A stretch of 64,000 nucleotides of DNA from Anaerolineales bacterium. GTDB taxonomy: Bacteria > Chloroflexota > Anaerolineae > Anaerolineales > UBA11858. Location of the stretch: assembly GCA_046483045.1 (NCBI GenBank), contig JAWODY010000074.1:6391-70390 (forward strand), written 5' to 3'. Below, piece after piece: positions 56,921 through 64,000 of this stretch. The notes below the pieces were generated by a model. The model searched no databases and was not told the DNA's origin. It was given only the letters and a program-made list of their open reading frames with translations. A program made the position numbers and the translations under genes. How positions within the stretch are numbered: position 1 is the stretch's first letter; every line of letters starts with the position of its first letter.

Positions 56921-57643
56921 ATGGACTACAGTGTGGCCCAATACCTGATCAAACTCAATCATCAATTTTACCAAACGTTCTCCGGAGAGTTCTCAGAAAC
57001 CCGGCAGAGGATCCAACCAGGGGTAGACCAGATCCTGGATCAACTCAACTCCCAGATCCGGATTTTAGACCTTGGCTGCGGAAACGGGAAATTAGCCCGG
57101 GCCTTAGCCCAGAGGGATATAGCGTGTTCATATGTAGGAGCTGACTTCAGCAGCGACCTGTTGACCCATGCTCGAGAAAACCTGCCCGATGACTTCGCTG
57201 CCAGCTTTCTTGAATTGGATCTCATTCAGGATGACTGGGGGAAATCCCTTCCCCCTCTTCCGTTTGACACGATCTTCGCTTTCGCCACCCTACATCACAT
57301 CCCATCCCAAGCCCTCCGGCTGAATACACTGAGGGAGATTCGCCCCCGTATCAAGCCGGACGGGGTTTTCTACCTTTCCAATTGGCAGTTCTTAAACAGT
57401 CCTCGGCTCAAAAAGCGGGTTCAGCCCTGGGAGAAAGTGGGCCTTCGGAAAAAAGATGTGGAGGAAGGGGACTACCTCATGGATTGGCGACGGGGAGGTT
57501 ACGGACTGCGGTACGTGCATCATTTTACCCCATCGGAGTTGGCGGTATTGGCTGAAAAGAGCAGATTTCAAATTATAGACGATTTTTATTCCGACGGTAA
57601 GGAAGGCAACCTTGGATATTACCAAATCTGGAAGCCAAGTTAG
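56921..57643 (+). CDS. Trm9/ALKBH8-like class I SAM-dependent methyltransferase
   Basis: It is collinear with yeast Trm9 blocks: 'FYQTFSGEFSETRQRIQPGVDQIL' (VY..IA.HFS.TR...WP.V..FL), 'ILDLGCGNGK', 'FDTIFAFATLHHIPS', 'NWQFLN', 'GDYLMDW' and 'LRYVHHFTPSEL' (RYYH.F...EL). Confidence 0.65.
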   Translation: MDYSVAQYLIKLNHQFYQTFSGEFSETRQRIQPGVDQILDQLNSQIRILDLGCGNGKLARALAQRDIACSYVGADFSSDLLTHARENLPDDFAASFLELDLIQDDWGKSLPPLPFDTIFAFATLHHIPSQALRLNTLREIRPRIKPDGVFYLSNWQFLNSPRLKKRVQPWEKVGLRKKDVEEGDYLMDWRRGGYGLRYVHHFTPSELAVLAEKSRFQIIDDFYSDGKEGNLGYYQIWKPS

Positions 57644-57646
57644 CTT

Positions 57647-59341
57647 TCAATCACCATTCTCTGCAGCGATCTTCTCTGTTTCTCCGCCTTTCACACCTTC
57701 CACCAAGAATCCCATTTCCAGGAACACTTCCTTGATCCTCGGTTCACTCCCCTCTTGGATAATCACCGCTGTCGGACCAAGCGTTTCACGCAAATACCGC
57801 TCTGCGCGGGAACCTTTGAGGGCCTTTAACATGTCAGGAGAGCGAACGCGAAGCACTGTTTCTTGCTCCATAGAGGCTTGATTCCCTTGCTGATCCCAGC
57901 GCTGCAAAGCTTTTACCAAGTTCGGCGGCACGACCTCAGCATGGTTTTCCAATAAGGCCAATAAATGTTGAATCTGTAAATCTTGCCGTTTCGCCTCTTG
58001 CAAAGAACTGGGGCTCAGGGAGTACATATAGGAATCCCTCTTCATGGGCAGCCAATCACAAAACCGGGACAGCTGGTAGCGCACTTTTCTCTGCACCCCT
58101 TTCGAAACCCTGATCCAACCCTTGGAGCGAACGTGAACCGGATCCGGATCCAGCGGGGTTATATCAGGGACCTCATCTGCCAATAAGGCCTGACCCTGGG
58201 TGCAGATCCGGAACGCGGTCCAAGGGTGGCCGGGAACTTGACTTGCAGAAGCCAAGTCCATCACCCCCAACCAGTGAAGTGGGCCTGTGATCAGGTAACG
58301 GAGGAGAGCACCTTCCACTTCATCCCATTGTTCAAACCCTCGTAAGAAATCTCCTGTTTCATCATCCTTTATATACCAAGAGTCAAATTCCCCTGCAGAG
58401 CGAAGATAATTGGAATGATCTTGTCTCATGCGAGAGACAAAGGAAGATAAACTCAACCACGCATTCCCGGGAAGTTGAGAAATCAATTCGAGAACAGAGT
58501 TCCGAACATTGAGGGGTTTATAATCCCACGTTCCTTCAGGGCTTAATCCTGGCGTGAGATACAAATCATTGTGAGTCGAACTGTACCGCCAGGCCTTCCA
58601 CAGATCCAGCCACCCTTTATCTCTAGGCAGGTCAAAAAAATCGCGAATGTGTTCCGGTTCTGGAACGCCTTTCGGATCTAACAAGTTCATGGTTTGCAGC
58701 AGTCGCTGATAAAATTGGCGTTCTCCTTCTGTGACGTCCGGCAAATGAATCCCGGGGTCCACGCCCATGCGAAGAGCCGCAAGCACAGTGCAGGTATGCT
58801 GGATCACCTCAATGGAGGCAAATAATTTTTCCTTCCGCTCCTCGGGAGTTGCCTTCCTGGCAATCAGAACCTGATTCGGGGTTTTTTCTCCCTCGTGAGT
58901 TGGATAGACCGATTCGGGCAAATATTCTTTTAGATCATCAGGCACGTAAGCAAATTCCTTTGGACCGGTTTCAGAGTCAAAAAAACCCCGCCCCAAAAAC
59001 GCACGATACCAGAGAACTTCCGCAGGGGAAATAGGATCGAGATCCGGGCGTTCTCGATCACGTTTCCCAGGTCCCATCTCCCTGACTTCCCCAAAACGGC
59101 GGGTAAACAAATCCCAGGGGACCCGCCCATTCTGATCTCCCAACCACTTTAAAGCATCCAAGGTCTCCACCGGCAGCGCAGAGACCATCTCCTCCACCAG
59201 TTCAGGCTGGGTCAGTTTTTCCACTAAAAGCGGGATGCCGTGCCGCACATCAGGCGCCTCCAGGGTGAGTCCCCATTTATCAGCAATGTGTCTCAGGTGC
59301 ATGAGATCAGCACCCTGTAAACTGTGTTTCAAATCAGGCAT
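57647..59341 (-). CDS. Hypothetical protein (564 aa), family not recognised
   Basis: A long uninterrupted ORF with coding-like composition, 14 nt downstream of the lipid kinase gene. It has no TM segments and is Trp- and Leu-rich and helical-looking. Confidence 0.6.
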   Translation of the reverse strand: MPDLKHSLQGADLMHLRHIADKWGLTLEAPDVRHGIPLLVEKLTQPELVEEMVSALPVETLDALKWLGDQNGRVPWDLFTRRFGEVREMGPGKRDRERPDLDPISPAEVLWYRAFLGRGFFDSETGPKEFAYVPDDLKEYLPESVYPTHEGEKTPNQVLIARKATPEERKEKLFASIEVIQHTCTVLAALRMGVDPGIHLPDVTEGERQFYQRLLQTMNLLDPKGVPEPEHIRDFFDLPRDKGWLDLWKAWRYSSTHNDLYLTPGLSPEGTWDYKPLNVRNSVLELISQLPGNAWLSLSSFVSRMRQDHSNYLRSAGEFDSWYIKDDETGDFLRGFEQWDEVEGALLRYLITGPLHWLGVMDLASASQVPGHPWTAFRICTQGQALLADEVPDITPLDPDPVHVRSKGWIRVSKGVQRKVRYQLSRFCDWLPMKRDSYMYSLSPSSLQEAKRQDLQIQHLLALLENHAEVVPPNLVKALQRWDQQGNQASMEQETVLRVRSPDMLKALKGSRAERYLRETLGPTAVIIQEGSEPRIKEVFLEMGFLVEGVKGGETEKIAAENGD

Positions 59342-59355
59342 AACATCGATTGAGG

Positions 59356-60276
59356 TCAGGCGACAACTTGGATGGCTTTGGGGTACTGCTCCACTTTTAA
59401 GTACCGCAAATTGGATGAGAACCCTGAAAAGATCTCCCCATCCATATGAATGTACATGGATTGATCAGATTTGATTTCCAGCTGATGGAACGGATGCAGG
59501 GATATTTGCGGAAAGCGGAGATGAGCCCCGCGCATGAATTCCGGTATTAACCGCAGCATCATCGGACGGGAAACGCTTTTGACAGCCACATATTCAAAGC
59601 GACCATCATCCATAATAGAATCCGGAGAAATTTCAAACCCACCACCCTCGCGCGGACCGTTGCAAAGGGTCAACATTAACAACTGGTCTTCCCAGTCATG
59701 CTCCCCATCCACAGTCACATTTAAATTCAAGGGTTGATGGTTTAAGAATACGGTTTTCATAACCGCAATTAAATACATAAAAAAACCTCTTACCAGAGGT
59801 AAATTATGGGAGTAAATTGTAACGATGGCATCAAAGCCGATGCCCACCGTGTTTTGCCAAAATTCTTGACGTCCCCGGTCATCCTCTACGTAACCAAGAT
59901 CGATTTCCCTCGGCGTACCGGAAAATATTTGGCGTAAAGCCTCCCAAGGTTCTTCCGGCATTCCAATGCCATGCGCGAAATCGTTCCCAGAACCCAAGGG
60001 TACCACGCCCAATTTAGGGCGATCCTCAATCGGGAATTCCATCAGCCCATTGATAATTTCATGAACCGTCCCATCACCTCCCCCTGCAATGATCATTTCA
60101 TACCCCTCATGAACCGCCTGCCGGGCGAGTTCAACTGCATGCGTGGGAAACACCGATCCTGCCCAATCCGCCCCACCATATTCATCCATCACTGGACGCA
60201 AATCTGCAGCAAGACGCCAAGCTTTCCCCATATTGGCGTTGGGATTCATAATAAATTTCACATCATGGTTTCGCAT
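59356..60276 (-). CDS. Diacylglycerol kinase-family lipid kinase (YegS/BmrU type)
   Basis: Contains 'FIMNPNAN', 'IIAGGGDGTVHEIINGL' and 'GVVPLGSGNDFA'. Confidence 0.85.
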   Translation of the reverse strand: MRNHDVKFIMNPNANMGKAWRLAADLRPVMDEYGGADWAGSVFPTHAVELARQAVHEGYEMIIAGGGDGTVHEIINGLMEFPIEDRPKLGVVPLGSGNDFAHGIGMPEEPWEALRQIFSGTPREIDLGYVEDDRGRQEFWQNTVGIGFDAIVTIYSHNLPLVRGFFMYLIAVMKTVFLNHQPLNLNVTVDGEHDWEDQLLMLTLCNGPREGGGFEISPDSIMDDGRFEYVAVKSVSRPMMLRLIPEFMRGAHLRFPQISLHPFHQLEIKSDQSMYIHMDGEIFSGFSSNLRYLKVEQYPKAIQVVA

Positions 60277-60387
60277 TTACATATCCTCGCGATCAGATCA
60301 GGGAAGGAGGGCAGCCGGGTCATTGATTTGGAAGCTCTGGTCAACAGAAAGACATTTAGAATTCTTCTTCAACAGAATGTATCCGCT

Positions 60388-61158
60388 TCATCGATAAGTA
60401 TCCGCCAGGTCCCCCACGGGGAGGATTATTTCGCCCTCCTTACGATCACCTATTCTGGTAACTGCTTCTTCTTCTTTTGCAGCCATCCACGCGGTATACG
60501 CAGCTACCAACGCATCCAATTCTTCCACCGAATGCAAGCGATCCAGCGGCAGCACTCCCTGCAAAATACGGTACCGGGTGATTTCTTCAAATATCCTCAT
60601 GGGGTCCGGCACATCCATCGCCAAAGAGTGCAGCACCAACTGACGCTGCAGACGACCTTCTAGGCTGTGTTTAGAGAATGGGATCCGCTCTAAAAGCACC
60701 GTGAAAGAAGCATGAGGATAAACTTCCAGCGTTTGCTGTTTCGATCCCTTAGTGGGGAATTCCTGATATCCAAACTCCTTCAAGCGCTTGAAAAGTTTAA
60801 AAGATACTTGCATCCACGTGGGGCAAACATCCTCATCAGCCGCTGTTCTCGGGATACGGATGTTCTTCTGGAAGAGATAATATTCAGCTGCCCGAAAACT
60901 CGTCCACCGTCCCGGGTTTGGCTGGGGATTGAGTTCCTGGCGGAATTCTTCAGAAAGCATCAATTTTTGATTGGGACGCCGGGGACCGTTAATGCCGACA
61001 AAAGCCGCCTTTTGTCCCCCTGAGTAAGCCAAGACAGCGTTCATATCCCCTTTCGACAACGCCAGCAATTTCAGATCGTGATCGATGGCAGCATACGTCA
61101 TAGGACGTTCACCTGCAGTTGGATCAATCCCAATGAAAACAGCGTTATTAAATAGCAT
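60388..61158 (-). CDS. DUF429-like protein (predicted RNase H-fold nuclease)
   Basis: Contains 'VFIGIDPTAG', 'EVYPHASFTVLL', 'K.S.EGR.QR' and 'EELDALVAAYTAW'. This resembles the DUF429 pattern, recalled from memory and not searched. Confidence 0.45.
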   Translation of the reverse strand: MLFNNAVFIGIDPTAGERPMTYAAIDHDLKLLALSKGDMNAVLAYSGGQKAAFVGINGPRRPNQKLMLSEEFRQELNPQPNPGRWTSFRAAEYYLFQKNIRIPRTAADEDVCPTWMQVSFKLFKRLKEFGYQEFPTKGSKQQTLEVYPHASFTVLLERIPFSKHSLEGRLQRQLVLHSLAMDVPDPMRIFEEITRYRILQGVLPLDRLHSVEELDALVAAYTAWMAAKEEEAVTRIGDRKEGEIILPVGDLADTYR

Positions 61159-61253
61159 ATTTGAATTACCCGTTTTCGATGATCACATGTGTATTGAGTG
61201 TAGCCTAAAACCCCCTTTATGACAACATGGAAAAAACACAACCACCGCTCGCC

Positions 61254-61289
61254 AAAAAAAATTTGGTGAGGGGTGATCCCTCACCAAAT
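61254..61289 (-). terminator. Intrinsic terminator of clpC
   Basis: A 12-bp perfect stem atttggtgaggg/ccctcaccaaat with loop gtgat. The A8 on plus (61253-61260) becomes U8 on the minus strand. Confidence 0.88.
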
Positions 61290-61322
61290 ATTCATAAATT
61301 CCTTGTTTGTTTCTCTGTGAAC

Positions 61323-63773
61323 TCAGCCTTCGTTGGCATGAGAGAATTTCAACCCTTCCTCATCTTCCTCATTCACATCAACGATCACTACATCACCCTT
61401 CTTAAATTCACCTTTGAGGAGTTTTTTCGAGAGGGGGCTCTCCAGATATTTCTGAAGGATCCGCGTCAAAGGGCGAGCACCAAAGTCAGGATTATATCCT
61501 TTCTCAGCCAACCACTCCCGGGCTTCCAGGGTTAATTCCACTTCCAGTCCATTCTCCCGAAGCCGCTCCTCCACTTCAGCCATCTGCAAATCCACAATCT
61601 CCACCATTTGTTCTCTGCTCAGCGGGGAGAACGTGATAATTTCATCAATCCTGTTCAAGAATTCCGGCCGAAAATTATCCTTCAGGGCCTTTTCGATCTT
61701 CGCCTGTTCTTCCCGTTTCCCGTCTTGCCCTCCCCCATTTAAGAATCCCAAACTGCCTGACCTACTTACAAACTCTGTCCCCAGATTGCTGGTCATGATT
61801 AAAACTGTATTCCGGAAGTCAACCACATGCCCCTGACCGTCCGTGAGCCTGCCCTCATCCAGAATCTGCAATAGAGCATTCCAAACTTCAGGGTGGGCTT
61901 TTTCGATTTCGTCAAACAGCACCACGCGGTAAGGACGTCTGCGGACTGCTTCCGTCAATTGTCCTCCCTCTTCATATCCTACATATCCAGGAGGCGCTCC
62001 AAATAAACGGGAAGCGGTGTGCTGCTCTCGGTATTCACTCATATCCAAGCGCAGGAGAGCATCCTCATCATCAAACAGGAATTCCGCCAAAGCTTTCGCC
62101 AGTTCAGTCTTGCCAACGCCCGAAGGTCCAATAAATATGAACGAGCCTATGGGACGTTTCGGATCTTTCAGTCCAGATCTGGCCCTGCGGATAGCGTCAG
62201 AAATCACGGTGATGGCATCATCCTGGCCCACAATTCGCTCGTGGATGCGTTCTTCCATGTGGAGAAGTTTCTCAGCTTCCTTTTCCAACATCTGGGTCAT
62301 GGGGATGCCAGTCCATTGCGAAACGACTTCCGCTACATCATTCTCATCCACCACTTCGTCCAATTCATGCTCTGCTTCCCACTGGTCCCGTTTTTCGACG
62401 AATTCGTTTTTCAGCCGTAAGCGCTGGGTTTGCATGGTCGCCGCGCGCTCGTAATCCCGCTCCTGACCCGCAACCTCCTCCTCATTTTTTAGGTGCATGA
62501 TTTGGGATTGCATTTCTTTCAATTCAGAAGGTAATGAATACAAAGCGACACGGAGTTTTGCCGCCGCCTCATCCATGAGATCAATGGCCTTATCCGGCAG
62601 AAATCGGTCAGAAACATAACGGTCCGCCAGGTTAGCTGCAGCCAACAAAGCCTCCTCTGAAAAGCGCACTTTGTGATGAGCTTCATAACGGTCCCGCAGC
62701 CCTTCCAACATTTCAATCGTTTCCTCAACCGAGGGCTCTTCCACAAAGACGGGGGCAAATCGGCGCTCCAGCGCGCTGTCTTTTTCAATGTACTTGTGAT
62801 ATTCATCCAGGGTGGTGGCCCCCACACACTGCAGCTCTCCCCGTGCCAGTGCTGGTTTGAGCATGTTGGAAGCGTCCATCGCTCCCTGCGCTGCTCCAGC
62901 ACCAACCACAGTGTGCAATTCATCAATGAAAAGAATAACTTCCCCTTCCGCCTCTTTCACATCATCAATGGCTGCCTTTAGCCGCTCTTCAAACTCGCCC
63001 CGGTACCTTGAACCAGCAATCATGGAACCCATATCCAGGGAAACCACCTTTTTGCCAGCTAAAATTTCGGGGACATCATTGGAAGCGATCTTCTGCGCTA
63101 ATCCTTCAACAATGGCAGTTTTCCCAACCCCGGCTTCCCCAATTAACACCGGGTTGTTTTTAGTGCGTCGGGAAAGGATCTGGATGACCCGCAATATCTC
63201 CACATCGCGACCGATCACGGGATCTAACTTTCCTTCCCGGGCTAACTTGGTCATGTCCCGCGAAAATTTTTCCAGGGCCTGATAACGGCTTTCCGCTTTG
63301 GGATCCGTGACCCTTTTTCCACCTCGGATTTCATTGATAGCATCATACACCCGCTCTTTCGTCACCCCCTCCCCTTCTAATAAACGAGCTGCTGGCGTGT
63401 TCTTTTCATGCAGGATGGCCAAGAAAAGATGTTCGGTGGAGATGAATTCATCTTTCAACCGGTTCGCCTCTTGATTAGCGACATCCACAATCCTTTTCAC
63501 CCGGGGTGTGATAAATACCTGACCCGCACCTCTGCTCCCAAAAATGCTTGCTTTTTGGGTGTTTTTCAGGATGTAATCCAAACGATCAATCAGTTCAGCC
63601 CCACTCACATTGAGCTGATCCAGAATCTGGGAAATGGCACCTTCTTTCTGTTCAATGAGAGCCAAAAGGATATGTTCAGTATCAATTTGATTGTGCCCAT
63701 ACCGTTGAATGACCTCCGCGGCACGCTGGGCAGCCTCCTGTGCTCGTTCCGTAAAACGATCGAAACGCATCAT
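61323..63773 (-). CDS. clpC: Class I AAA+ Clp ATPase, ClpC-type
   Basis: Double Clp-N '[37 protein letters not shown]' and two Walker A sites ('GEAGVGKTA', 'GPSGVGKTE'). It has a short M-domain with the UVR-like '[11 protein letters not shown]' and an 'LGF' ClpP-docking-like loop before '[11 protein letters not shown]'. GAAGGAAGG precedes ATGATG at 63773. Confidence 0.85.
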   Translation of the reverse strand: MMRFDRFTERAQEAAQRAAEVIQRYGHNQIDTEHILLALIEQKEGAISQILDQLNVSGAELIDRLDYILKNTQKASIFGSRGAGQVFITPRVKRIVDVANQEANRLKDEFISTEHLFLAILHEKNTPAARLLEGEGVTKERVYDAINEIRGGKRVTDPKAESRYQALEKFSRDMTKLAREGKLDPVIGRDVEILRVIQILSRRTKNNPVLIGEAGVGKTAIVEGLAQKIASNDVPEILAGKKVVSLDMGSMIAGSRYRGEFEERLKAAIDDVKEAEGEVILFIDELHTVVGAGAAQGAMDASNMLKPALARGELQCVGATTLDEYHKYIEKDSALERRFAPVFVEEPSVEETIEMLEGLRDRYEAHHKVRFSEEALLAAANLADRYVSDRFLPDKAIDLMDEAAAKLRVALYSLPSELKEMQSQIMHLKNEEEVAGQERDYERAATMQTQRLRLKNEFVEKRDQWEAEHELDEVVDENDVAEVVSQWTGIPMTQMLEKEAEKLLHMEERIHERIVGQDDAITVISDAIRRARSGLKDPKRPIGSFIFIGPSGVGKTELAKALAEFLFDDEDALLRLDMSEYREQHTASRLFGAPPGYVGYEEGGQLTEAVRRRPYRVVLFDEIEKAHPEVWNALLQILDEGRLTDGQGHVVDFRNTVLIMTSNLGTEFVSRSGSLGFLNGGGQDGKREEQAKIEKALKDNFRPEFLNRIDEIITFSPLSREQMVEIVDLQMAEVEERLRENGLEVELTLEAREWLAEKGYNPDFGARPLTRILQKYLESPLSKKLLKGEFKKGDVVIVDVNEEDEEGLKFSHANEG

Positions 63774-64000
63774 AAGCTTACCTTCCTTCATATGGAAATT
63801 TCAAACAGGGTATTTTTCTCTACCCTTTACCAGTGCCATTATATCAAGATGACGTTAATAATTTGTATGAAAAAACCCTTCCTCAGCTGTAGAAACCATA
63901 GAAAAGAGGCATCCGGAACTGGTAAAAATATGTGCAATTATCGGACCACTATAGATCGACAGAGACAGGAATCCATTCAGCCAGAAAGGTTCGACCTGCA

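Noticed and set aside
59971-60663. A 230-aa plus-strand ORF spanning the lipid-kinase start and the DUF429-like gene end.
   Set aside because: It is antisense to two well-supported minus-strand genes and crosses their intergenic region. The composition is not protein-like (many H/R/F/I runs).
61323-63791. Calling the double-AAA+ chaperone ClpB.
   Set aside because: The middle domain is short (about 60 aa) with a UVR-like 'ERDYERAA' motif, and an LGF loop precedes '[11 protein letters not shown]'. Both are ClpC/ClpA-type features. ClpB has a longer coiled-coil and no ClpP loop. The call remains unverified without alignment tools.

Overview
The window reads as a mostly core chromosomal segment. 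Gene content suggests a Chloroflexota (Anaerolineae/Dehalococcoidia-like) bacterium: bacterial Elp3, a RibXY-type riboflavin ABC transporter, DUF5667-like proteins and a short EF-Ts. This is an inference, because no database search was possible. All family names come from motifs I could read in the supplied translations or in the DNA.

Contents in order:
- A his operon (hisD' C B H A F - purH - hisI hisE - HAD hydrolase).
- A small variable stretch with yccF, a toxin-gene remnant, hsp20, a methyltransferase, tRNA-Pro(UGG) and a NERD-like gene.
- Housekeeping genes: GT2, rnhB, S9 peptidase, P-type ATPase, orphan family-5 SBP, secG, PHP hydrolase, uvrB, folA-thyA, pncB, ybaK.
- An rtcB-archease pair and mtnP.
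- An ECF sigma factor cluster with duplicated DUF5667-like membrane proteins and three exported proteins that share unassigned modules.
- An 11-gene System I cytochrome c maturation operon. It has a CxxxY-type CcmE, an unlisted ccmD and three non-canonical membrane/zinc-ribbon genes.
- An FMN riboswitch controlling a RibXY-like ABC transporter.
- The rpsB-tsf / pyrH / frr-uppS-cdsA block and glpX.
- A divergent Elp3 / Trm9-like methyltransferase pair.
- A clpC ... DUF429-dagK-unknown gene run.

I saw no CRISPR array, transposase, integrase or rRNA. The best candidates for undescribed biology are the ECF-sigma-linked exported protein family (32.6-37.1 kb), the elaborated ccm operon (37.1-46.0 kb) and the bacterial Elp3+Trm9-like pair (55.2-57.6 kb).
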